64,000 nt of DNA from Burkholderiales bacterium (GCA_050246035.1 JBFWWT010000006.1:6802-70801); one strand, 5' to 3'; numbered from the stretch's first letter, positions 10,267 to 18,596 are shown. Numbers and translations: made by a program. The notes: a model not told the origin generated them from the sequence alone.

Positions 10267-11190
10267 CTAGGCGCTCGAAGTCAATAGAGTCTCGTAACGA
10301 GACCGTAGCGCTACGCATGCGGAGGCAACATAGTCGGTGAAGCGCTCTGTGTAGACCGATGGTGGACGGTGCTTCGCGTAAAGTGCACTGACATCGAATT
10401 CTATTGATGGAAGGAGTGGTCGAAGGGAGACAGCATTGATGTCTGCCTTTGACGCCGTGAACTCGTCGATCACCGCGATACCCGCCCCATGCGTAACAAA
10501 CCAGAGTGCGAGATGGCAAGTCATCACGCTGATCGCAGGATTCAGAGCTACTCTCGCTTGCTCGCATCTCTTCCGTAGGGCAGCGGACAACGGATTCACG
10601 TTCTCCATTAAGGATATAAACGGATATCTCGATAGTTCTCTTACCCCGAGGGACCTCTTCTTGGGCTTCTTCTCGCGAGGGAATGCAGCGATCATACGGC
10701 CGTTATGTAAGCTCCGCCGGTGGATCGCCGGATGATCTAGCGGAGCGTCGGCAAAAGCTATGTCGACCTTACTCGTCAGCAGCGCACTAAATACTTCCTG
10801 CCAATGGTGCGTTTCCAGAGTGCAAGTAATACCAGGATATTTGGACCGAAACCGCTCGATAGCGGTAGGTAGAAGCTCTTGCGCGAGAACTGGCGTTGCG
10901 GAAATGCGGAGATGACCCTTGTCTGCTGCTTTTAAATTCTGGGCAAGAGTACGAACTGCTGCGAGGGCTTGCGAGACACTTTCTACTTCCCTATAGAGAG
11001 CTGTGGCTTCCGGCGTAGGGTACAGACGCCCTTTGATACGGTGGAAAAGCCTGAAGCCAAGTTGGGACTCGGCATGTTGAAGTGTTCGAGTCACGGCGGG
11101 CTGCGAGATGTGAATGAGGTCCGCGGCGCCAGTTACGGAGCCGCTTCGCATGATCGCTTCAAAGACTTCGATGTGTCTCAGCCTCATCAC
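10267..11190 (-). CDS. LysR-family transcriptional regulator
   Basis: N-terminal HTH (MRLRHIEVFEAIMRSGSVTGAADLIHISQPAVTRTLQHAE) and a LysR substrate-binding domain. It is divergent from the reductase/pca genes. Confidence 0.9.
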   Translation of the reverse strand: MMRLRHIEVFEAIMRSGSVTGAADLIHISQPAVTRTLQHAESQLGFRLFHRIKGRLYPTPEATALYREVESVSQALAAVRTLAQNLKAADKGHLRISATPVLAQELLPTAIERFRSKYPGITCTLETHHWQEVFSALLTSKVDIAFADAPLDHPAIHRRSLHNGRMIAAFPREKKPKKRSLGVRELSRYPFISLMENVNPLSAALRKRCEQARVALNPAISVMTCHLALWFVTHGAGIAVIDEFTASKADINAVSLRPLLPSIEFDVSALYAKHRPPSVYTERFTDYVASACVALRSRYETLLTSSA

Positions 11191-11259
11191 AATTTCTCGA
11201 TCGCTACTCTGCAGTGAAGCTTAACATGCCCATGTCCTTGTGTTATGGGAACCCATAGA

Positions 11260-11287
11260 TTATCGATTTGATTCAACGGTTCGATAA
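11260..11287. promoter_or_regulatory. Inverted repeat TTATCGA-N14-TCGATAA in the LysR/reductase divergent intergenic region
   Basis: Perfect 7-bp arms at 11260-11266 and 11281-11287. This is a candidate regulator binding site. Confidence 0.3.
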
Positions 11288-11306
11288 CGTCTAACCTCGT
11301 TTGTGT

Positions 11307-12272
11307 ATGTCGAACGAGTCAACATATCGCGCGCTGATTCAGGTCCGCGTGTCTCGTATAGATAATGTTGCACGCGATGTGAAGGCGTTCGAACTCATGC
11401 CGCTCCATGCGGAGACACTACCGCCTTTCACTCCTGGAGCACATTTAACAGTCTTTCTCCCCCAAGGATTTGCTCGTAAGTATTCGTTATGCGGCGATCC
11501 ACTGCAGCAGAAGCATTACACAATTGCGGTTTTGCGGCAGACAGGATTCGGATCGACTTACATGCACGATGTGTTGGAGATCGGCGATACGCTCGAGATC
11601 TCCCATCCACGAAATCACTTCCCTCTGGCTCAAGATGGGACCAACTATCTTCTCATAGCAGGCGGTATTGGAGTCACGCCGCTCCTGTCAATGGCAAAGG
11701 AGCTCGCCAGTCGAGGCGCGCCATTTTCTTTCCTGTACTGTGCGAGGACACGAGAGCGATCTGCGTACATTGATCAGCTGGAAGCACTTTGCACAAAAGG
11801 GCAACTCGCTCTCCATTTCGACGGAGGAGACCCAAAACGGCAGTTCGACATACGGTCTTTAGTCCAAAGTGCCGGCCGGGATACGCATGTTTATTGCTGC
11901 GGTCCCACCAGCCTCATGAAAGCCGTAAGAGACTGTACTAGGGAGTGGTCGCCGCGCACCGTCCATTTCGAAGACTTCTCTTCCGGCAATTCCAATGGCC
12001 AATTCGAAGACGATGGCTTCGAAATCGTCCTTCGAAAGCGTGGCATCAAGCTTGTGGTACCGCCAGGAAAATCGATAGTCCGTGTCCTGCTAGAGCACGG
12101 CGTTCAAGTAGACACGTCGTGTGAGGCGGGAACATGTGGAACATGCCGTACTCGCTATTTAAGCGGGAATCCTATTCACAACGATTTTGTGCTCACTGAA
12201 CAAGAACAATCGCAGTTTGTAATGATTTGCTGCGCACGGGCCACGGATACACCGCTGGTACTTGATCTATAG
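11307..12272 (+). CDS. Phthalate-dioxygenase-reductase-type oxidoreductase (FMN/NAD-binding plus C-terminal plant-type 2Fe-2S)
   Basis: RKYSL flavin motif, LLIAGGIGVTPLLSM NAD fold, and CEAGTCGTCRTRY...MICC cluster motif. The ATG at 11307 is preferred over the TTG at 11301. Confidence 0.85.
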   Translation: MSNESTYRALIQVRVSRIDNVARDVKAFELMPLHAETLPPFTPGAHLTVFLPQGFARKYSLCGDPLQQKHYTIAVLRQTGFGSTYMHDVLEIGDTLEISHPRNHFPLAQDGTNYLLIAGGIGVTPLLSMAKELASRGAPFSFLYCARTRERSAYIDQLEALCTKGQLALHFDGGDPKRQFDIRSLVQSAGRDTHVYCCGPTSLMKAVRDCTREWSPRTVHFEDFSSGNSNGQFEDDGFEIVLRKRGIKLVVPPGKSIVRVLLEHGVQVDTSCEAGTCGTCRTRYLSGNPIHNDFVLTEQEQSQFVMICCARATDTPLVLDL

Positions 12273-12588
12273 GACGTGAGGCCTGTGGGGGTAGGCCGGC
12301 GAGTAACACTAGATGAATCGATATGGACTTACACAAGGACGCAGACGCGATGCCTAATTCTTGCCCTCATTCGTGAGCGACACCGAGGCTAAGAATAACT
12401 GCGCATCGGCGACCCATAAACAGGATTCGCTCGGAAGCGGGCTCCAAAGCTGAATGCGCAATGCGTTGAGCGCGTCTTCGGTCTTACAAAAATGCGCTAT
12501 CGCCGTAAGGGGAAGGAATCTCTCGCGATAGCCTCGGCAGGTTCTCGTAACTGAAGAAGCAAACATACACTGATATGAGGAGATTCAG

Positions 12589-13296
12589 ATGGCTGAGACC
12601 GTGATTCCGCATCCTTGCGTTTTCGCAGACAAGAAGCGGCTTGAGCTGATCAAAGGCTACCGAGTGCACGAACAGCGCACTCCGTCAAAACCACTTCTGC
12701 TCTTAACACCCTCCCAGACAATCGGTCCGTTCTTCAATTTGAGTTTGATTCGCGACGTGGATGACGATATCGCCCGCAAGGAGCCAGGCGGTGCGCGCGC
12801 GCAGGGAACGCCGATTGTGGTTACCGGGCGCGTCGTCGATGAGCAAGGCAAGCCGGTGCGCAAGGCTTTGATCGAGGTCTGGCAGGCCAACAAGTGGGGC
12901 AAGTACGAGCACCCCGACGACATTACCGACGCGCCGCTTGATCCGAACTTCAAGGGCTGGGGGCGCATGCTGACGGACTCGGAGGGGCGCTACCGCTTTC
13001 GCTCGATCAAGCCCGGCCCGTACCCTAATCCCGGCTACGACAACTGGATGAGACCCCCTCACATCCACTTTTCGATTTTTGCGGCTGGAGTGATGCAGCG
13101 CCTAATCACTCAACTCTATTTCCCGGACGAACCGTTGAACGATATCGATCCGATACTGAATGGTGTCGAGGACCTGAATGCACGCAGTGCGCTCATCGCA
13201 CGCCAACTCCCAGAGGAACCGGACGGCGCACTCGGGTTTCAGTTTGACATCGTGTTGCGCGGCAAGGCCGAGACTGCTTTCTTTGTAGACCATTGA
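12589..13296 (+). CDS. Protocatechuate 3,4-dioxygenase beta-subunit-like intradiol dioxygenase (no alpha subunit adjacent)
   Basis: PcaH-like throughout: EVWQANKWGKYEH, LDPNFKGWGR, KPGPYPNPG, PPHIHFSIFA. The Tyr/Tyr/His/His iron ligand positions appear retained. GAGGAG SD precedes the start. Confidence 0.85.
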   Translation: MAETVIPHPCVFADKKRLELIKGYRVHEQRTPSKPLLLLTPSQTIGPFFNLSLIRDVDDDIARKEPGGARAQGTPIVVTGRVVDEQGKPVRKALIEVWQANKWGKYEHPDDITDAPLDPNFKGWGRMLTDSEGRYRFRSIKPGPYPNPGYDNWMRPPHIHFSIFAAGVMQRLITQLYFPDEPLNDIDPILNGVEDLNARSALIARQLPEEPDGALGFQFDIVLRGKAETAFFVDH

Positions 13297-14639
13297 CCTC
13301 TTGCGTCGTGACTGAAGGTACGGTTGCCAGGATCTTTTCAGAGCGTGCGACGCTTGACACTTATTTGCGTGTGGAAGCTGCCTTGGCGCAGGCGGAGGCC
13401 GACCTTGAAATATTGCCGCAAGCGGCAGCTCGCGAGATCGCGCAAAAGGCAACCATGGACCTGCTCGACCTCACAGCTCTACGCGAACAGTCTGAACGAG
13501 TTGGCTACCCGATTGCACCCTTGGTGCGGCAGCTCACTACGTTATGCGGTGAGCACGGCCGCTACGTACACTGGGGCGCGACGACGCAGGATATCGTTAA
13601 TAGCGCGTTTGCCTCGCAGGTTAACGAAAGCCTCTCAGTATTCGCGTCCGACCTGGCATCGGCGCTGGAGCATCTTGCGGCGCTTGCACGGGAGTATCGC
13701 AAGACAGTGATGGCGGCGCGCACGTTCGGCGGGCATGCATTACCGATCACTTTCGGCTTCAAGGTGGCGGTATGGCTTTCAGGGTTGCTGCGCCACGCCG
13801 AGCGGCTCGAAACGCTGCTCCGCAGGCCGATGGATGGTGAATTTTCCGGTGTCGCTGGCACTCTCGCTTCGCTTGGTACGAAAGGCCAGCAAGTGCGGCG
13901 GCGTCTCATGCAATTGCTTGGACTGTCCGAGCCGATCGTCACTTGGGCACCCATGCGCGACGCCGTGTTTGAGCGCGTCGCATTCCTCGCTGGCTTGACC
14001 GCCACGCTCGCCAAGATTGCGGGTGACGTATCGGAGCTTTCCAGCACGGAAATCGGCGAACTGGAGGAGCCTCTATCAGGAGGCAGGGACACGAGCAGCG
14101 CCTTGCCGTTTAAATCGAACCCAATCTACTGCGCGCAGGTAATGACAAGCGCTTCACTCGTCGCTCAGCACCTCGCGTGCGTGCTCGAAGCGACGCGCCA
14201 GCACCAAGAGAGAAGCGGCGAAGGCTTGCTCGAATTTGTAGCGGCGCCGCAGGCTTTCGTGCAGGCGGAACGTTGCCTGACCTGCTTCCGTCTTCTGATC
14301 GACGGCCTCCGGGTGTATCCCGAGCGCATGTTTGCCAATCTAGGCATGACCCGAGGGGTATTGTTGGCTGAGCGCTACATGATGGCGCTCGCTCCGCACC
14401 TTGGGCGGCTTCCCGCTCATGACCTGGTGCACGAGGCTTGCCGGCGAGCAGTGGTTCAACACGACGATCTACGCACTGTGCTGGCCAACATGCCAGAGAC
14501 AAGGAAGCACCTTAACCCCGATCAACTGGCGGCACTCTCCGATCCCAAGACCTATCTTGGCACTGCCCTCGAAACGGTCGACGAGGTACTCGCCGCAACC
14601 CGGCGCTTCCTGGACGCGCGAGGAAACGAAATAAGATGA
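13293..14639 (+). CDS. 3-carboxy-cis,cis-muconate cycloisomerase-like (fumarate-lyase superfamily, PcaB-like)
   Basis: Lyase signature TSSALPFKSNP in a 448-aa product. The start overlaps the preceding stop; the exact start (TTG 13293 or GTG 13308) is uncertain. Confidence 0.85.
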   Translation: MTSCVVTEGTVARIFSERATLDTYLRVEAALAQAEADLEILPQAAAREIAQKATMDLLDLTALREQSERVGYPIAPLVRQLTTLCGEHGRYVHWGATTQDIVNSAFASQVNESLSVFASDLASALEHLAALAREYRKTVMAARTFGGHALPITFGFKVAVWLSGLLRHAERLETLLRRPMDGEFSGVAGTLASLGTKGQQVRRRLMQLLGLSEPIVTWAPMRDAVFERVAFLAGLTATLAKIAGDVSELSSTEIGELEEPLSGGRDTSSALPFKSNPIYCAQVMTSASLVAQHLACVLEATRQHQERSGEGLLEFVAAPQAFVQAERCLTCFRLLIDGLRVYPERMFANLGMTRGVLLAERYMMALAPHLGRLPAHDLVHEACRRAVVQHDDLRTVLANMPETRKHLNPDQLAALSDPKTYLGTALETVDEVLAATRRFLDARGNEIR

Positions 14640-15520
14640 ACATGCATATACCAGAGTGTCACGGTCCAGTTCCACAGCCATCGCCCCCGAGGCGAACGCT
14701 TCCTAAGGGGTCGTGGGACACGCACTTCCATGTACTCGGCCCGCAAGCGCGCTTCCCGTATTCGCGAGCGCGCAAATACACGCCACCGGACGCTCCACTG
14801 GAAGCTTGCTTGAGCCTGCATGGAACGCTTGGTATCGACCGCGGACTTGTGGTGCATGCCAACACGCACGGCTTTGACAACTCGGTCGATCTCGACGCAG
14901 TGGCGCGCTCGAATGGCAGGTACCTCGCAGTGGTGAGGCTCGACGCTTCCGCCACGCGTGACAGCTGCAGGAATTTGCACGCTGCGGGGGCACGAGGAGT
15001 GCGTTTTGCCTTCAACCCGCAGCATGGGGGTACGCTCGATCTAAATGTGTTTGAGCACGTACTCCGATGCATTGAGGGGCTCGACTGGTTCATTGATCTG
15101 CATTTCGATGGTGCGATGCTGCCGGATCTGCGGCGATGGATAGAAACTATCCCGGCACCAGTGGTAATCGACCATTTGGGCCGCATTGATCCCGGCCATG
15201 GCCTGGACCAGGAACCGTTCCGCGCACTGGCTGCCATCGCTCAACGCGGTAACACCTGGATCAAGATCACCGGTGCCGACCGAATTGTCCGAGGGGGCTA
15301 TCCGTACGCGGACGTGAAACCGTTTGTGCGTCGACTCCTGGAGGTAGCGGCCGATCGCCTCCTCTGGGGTAGCGACTGGCCGCACACCGGGTACTTCAAC
15401 TCGGCGGCGGTGCCGGACGACGGCAGGCTGTTGGACGCGCTCGCGGATTTCGTTGAGAGCGAGGCATTGCTTCACTCCATCCTCGTTGCCAATCCGTTGA
15501 GATTAATCCGGGGTGCCTAA
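14636..15520 (+). CDS. Amidohydrolase_2 family lactone hydrolase (LigI / 4-sulfomuconolactone-hydrolase-like)
   Basis: WDTHFHVLGP, VVIDHLGR and LLWGSDWPHTGY metal and catalytic motifs. ATGA start/stop overlap with the cycloisomerase gene. Confidence 0.8.
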   Translation: MNMHIPECHGPVPQPSPPRRTLPKGSWDTHFHVLGPQARFPYSRARKYTPPDAPLEACLSLHGTLGIDRGLVVHANTHGFDNSVDLDAVARSNGRYLAVVRLDASATRDSCRNLHAAGARGVRFAFNPQHGGTLDLNVFEHVLRCIEGLDWFIDLHFDGAMLPDLRRWIETIPAPVVIDHLGRIDPGHGLDQEPFRALAAIAQRGNTWIKITGADRIVRGGYPYADVKPFVRRLLEVAADRLLWGSDWPHTGYFNSAAVPDDGRLLDALADFVESEALLHSILVANPLRLIRGA

Positions 15521-15684
15521 TTCGCCTACAGTGGACTCCGCCGACTCAATGGACGGGAGCGATGCCCGAAATAAATGTATGACCACCTTTTGACAAGAGC
15601 TAAATCTATTGTGATCGAAGGGGCTCCAGACTGCCAGCGAACTGGCCGCAGTGGAACGATGCTTATTCCAGCTCGAGAGGAGCC

Positions 15685-16743
15685 ATGAAGCCGTTCATCT
15701 ATACCGGCTTCGCGTCCCGCGTCGTGTTTGGTGCCGGCTGCATTGAGCAACTCCCTGACGAGGTCGAGCGCCTGGGCGTCAAACGTGCCCTGATCCTTTC
15801 CACTTCCGAGCAGGCGAACAGTGCGCGAGAGGTAATGAAGGCGCTGGGCGCCCGTGCCGTGGGTGTCTACGACAAGGCCATGATGCACGTGCCCATCGAA
15901 ACGGCCGAGGAAGCGCGACTAGTAGCACGCGAGCTTGAGGCAGACTGCTACGTCACGGTCGGTGGCGGTTCGACTACGGGGTTAGGGAAGGCGATCGCCT
16001 TGACGTCGGGTCTGCCGATCCTTGCCGTACCGACCACCTACGCCGGCTCCGAGATGACGCCGATCTATGGCCTGACCCAAGGCGGAATGAAGAAGACGGG
16101 GCGCGACGCGCGCGTGCTGCCAAAGACGGTGATTTACGATCCGACGCTCACGATAGCGCTACCCCCGACCGTGTCAGCGGTGAGCGGCATGAACGCAATC
16201 GCACACTGCGTCGAGGCGCTCTATGCCCATGACGGGAATCCGATTGTGTCGATCATGGCCGAAGAGGGGATCCGGGCCCTTGCCGCAGCCCTTCCGGTTG
16301 TGGTCGAGAATCCCTCTGACATCCAGGCGCGAAGCAATGCGCTCTACGGGGCATGGCTTGGTGGCATATCGCTCGGTGGCGCCGGAATGGCGTTGCACCA
16401 CAAGCTATGCCACATACTCGGCGGCAGCTACAATCTGCCGCACGCCGACACTCACTCGATCGTGCTCCCGCACGCGGCGCACTACAACGATACGGCGACG
16501 GACGCAATGGTACGGATCGCCCGTGCGCTCGGCGCCAAGGAAGCGCCTAGGGGATTGTGGGATCTCGCATCGAACCTTGGCATCCCCATGGCCCTGCGGG
16601 ACCTCGCTTTCAAGGAAACCGACCTTGAACGCGCGGCAGAGATGGCCACAGAGAGTCCTTATCCCAACCCGAGGCCGGTCGAATATGCCGGCGTGCTCGC
16701 ACTGCTGCGCGACGCGTACGACGGCCGGCCGCCCGGGACCTGA
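15685..16743 (+). CDS. Maleylacetate reductase (iron-containing alcohol dehydrogenase family)
   Basis: FIYTGFASRVVFGAG, VGGGSTTGLGKAIAL and ILAVPTTYAGSEMTPIYG are typical of maleylacetate reductases. Confidence 0.85.
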   Translation: MKPFIYTGFASRVVFGAGCIEQLPDEVERLGVKRALILSTSEQANSAREVMKALGARAVGVYDKAMMHVPIETAEEARLVARELEADCYVTVGGGSTTGLGKAIALTSGLPILAVPTTYAGSEMTPIYGLTQGGMKKTGRDARVLPKTVIYDPTLTIALPPTVSAVSGMNAIAHCVEALYAHDGNPIVSIMAEEGIRALAAALPVVVENPSDIQARSNALYGAWLGGISLGGAGMALHHKLCHILGGSYNLPHADTHSIVLPHAAHYNDTATDAMVRIARALGAKEAPRGLWDLASNLGIPMALRDLAFKETDLERAAEMATESPYPNPRPVEYAGVLALLRDAYDGRPPGT

Positions 16744-16991
16744 CCGCCACGCGCGAAGAGGTCTTGGTTCGGGCTACCGCATCGATCTCTTTCTGTACAT
16801 GTACTTGCGTCAATCGTTGGAACGATGCCCTTTAAGGACCAGCTTCCCTTCATCGCGGGGTGGTACTAGCTGCGCTCTGCGAGGCGTTTCAGGTCGACGA
16901 TGCGCTCGATTAACTGGCCTATGCCTCAACGCGATAATCAGCCTACTCGAGACGCAGTTTGTTCACTGGCGAGGCAGGTAATCGACTGACC

Positions 16992-17657
16992 ATGATTGAT
17001 AAGCGAGCAACTTCGGTCGAAGAAGCGATCTCGGTAGTCAAAGACGGCGCGGTGGTTCTTGTTGGTGGTTTTGGGGACATCGGTGTGCCGCTGAACCTTG
17101 TGTCGGCGCTTGCTGAGCGCGGGGCGCGAAATCTCACAGTGGTGTCGAACAACGCTGGAACGGGCGAAAAGGGTTTGGCGCTGCTCTTTAAGCACGGCCT
17201 TGTCCGAAAGCTGATCGCCTCGTTTCCCGCGCAAGCTGGTGCCGATCACTTCTTTGCTGCCCATGAGCGAGGCGAGGTAACGGTAGAGCTCGTACCGCAA
17301 GGTACTCTCGCCGAGAGGCTGCGCGCAGGTGGGGCGGGACTCGCCGGAATCTTTACGCCGACGGGCTACGGGACAGAGCTAACCGAAGGGAAAGAAACCC
17401 GGCAAATCAATGCACGCGGCTATGTATACGAATCCGCGCTAAGGGGCGATATTGCGCTGGTACGCGCTCAGACCGCGGATCGCTTTGGCAACCTGCGATA
17501 TCGCCTCGCAAGCCGCAACTTCAACCCCCTGATGGCAATGGCAGCCAATCACACGATCGCGGAGGTGAGAAAGGTCGCCGAGCTTGGTGAAATTGATCCT
17601 GACGATATCCATACCCCAGGCGTCTATGTCGACCAGGTCGTAGAGTGCACCGCATGA
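16992..17657 (+). CDS. pcaI: 3-oxoadipate CoA-transferase subunit A
   Basis: CoA-transferase family I alpha sequence (VLVGGFGDIGVPLNLV, ELVPQGTLAERLRAGG). It is followed by the beta subunit with an ATGA overlap. Confidence 0.85.
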   Translation: MIDKRATSVEEAISVVKDGAVVLVGGFGDIGVPLNLVSALAERGARNLTVVSNNAGTGEKGLALLFKHGLVRKLIASFPAQAGADHFFAAHERGEVTVELVPQGTLAERLRAGGAGLAGIFTPTGYGTELTEGKETRQINARGYVYESALRGDIALVRAQTADRFGNLRYRLASRNFNPLMAMAANHTIAEVRKVAELGEIDPDDIHTPGVYVDQVVECTA

Positions 17658-18295
17658 GCAATGGATGGACAGACGATCAACTCGCGCGGCGCGTCGCCAA
17701 AGAGTTCCCCGACGGCTCTTACGTAAATCTCGGCATCGGATTGCCCACAAAGGTGGCCGATCACATTCCGAGTGGCCGAGAAGTTCTCATTCACAGTGAA
17801 AACGGGATCATCGGAATGGGTCCGGCCCCAAAACCCGGAAGTGAGGACCCGGACGTTGTAAATGCCGGAAAGAAGTCTGTGACGCTGGTTAGAGGTGCGG
17901 CGATTGTCCACCAAGCAGACTCGTTCTCCCTCATTCGTGGCGGGCGGCTTTTCGCGTCGGTACTTGGCGGGTTACAGGTTTCCCAGAACGGAGACCTTGC
18001 AAATTGGAAAGTGCCCAACAGCGGCGTGGGAGGGGTCGGTGGTGCGATGGATCTCGCGGCGGGAGCGCAGCGTGTCTTCGTCATGATGCGCCACCGCGAC
18101 AAGACCGGTGGCTCAAAGCTGGTCAAGCGATGCACCTTCTCGCTGACTGCGCCGAATTGCGTCACGACCGTATTTACGGATTTGGGCGTCTTTGATTGCA
18201 AGGACGGACGCTTCATCTGCCGAGAGCTTGCCTCAGATGTTTCCCGTGAGACAGCGATCGGCGCAACCGAGGGTCGCCTTGAGTTTCAGCTCTAG
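17654..18295 (+). CDS. pcaJ: 3-oxoadipate CoA-transferase subunit B
   Basis: Beta-subunit sequence with SENG catalytic Glu motif (LIHSENGIIGMGP). Confidence 0.85.
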   Translation: MSNGWTDDQLARRVAKEFPDGSYVNLGIGLPTKVADHIPSGREVLIHSENGIIGMGPAPKPGSEDPDVVNAGKKSVTLVRGAAIVHQADSFSLIRGGRLFASVLGGLQVSQNGDLANWKVPNSGVGGVGGAMDLAAGAQRVFVMMRHRDKTGGSKLVKRCTFSLTAPNCVTTVFTDLGVFDCKDGRFICRELASDVSRETAIGATEGRLEFQL

Positions 18296-18451
18296 CGGAA
18301 GTATGACTATCGCTACTCGGTGCTCACGGGCGTGTTCGGCCGTCTGCTTGCCGAAGGCTGGATCAGTGAGAAAGACCTTCGTGGGCTTGACACTGAGAAA
18401 CTCGAGCTCATTCGGCGCAGCGCTGGAACAGTGAAGGAACTCGATGCCTGA
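18296..18451 (+). pseudogene. Orphan C-terminal gene fragment (51 codons) directly after the pcaJ stop
   Basis: Protein-like translation RKYDYRYSVLTGVFGRLLAEGWISEKDLRGLDTEKLELIRRSAGTVKELDA with no start codon. I did not recognise the family. Confidence 0.3.
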
Positions 18452-18473
18452 CGCCGAAGCGAAGCCCGGGTAG

Positions 18474-18596
18474 CGCGCGGGCCCGCGCCGCTCCGGGCGC
18501 GACCGATGCGGGGGGCAGGGCGCCTCAACCAGCGGACGTCGCGAATCGCCGCGCCCGAGCATCCATGAGCCGGCGCCAGAGGGAAGGAATCAGTGC
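18474..18596. repeat. Copy B' of the alkB 3' end/downstream repeat
   Basis: Aligns with 3341-3553, apart from about 95 nt extra in the left copy. Confidence 0.55.

Noticed and set aside
12272-12588. Search for a hidden pcaG (alpha subunit) upstream of the PcaH-like gene
   Set aside because: Only short ORFs (61-70 aa) with no PcaG-like sequence are present, and the interval is too short for a subunit of about 200 aa.
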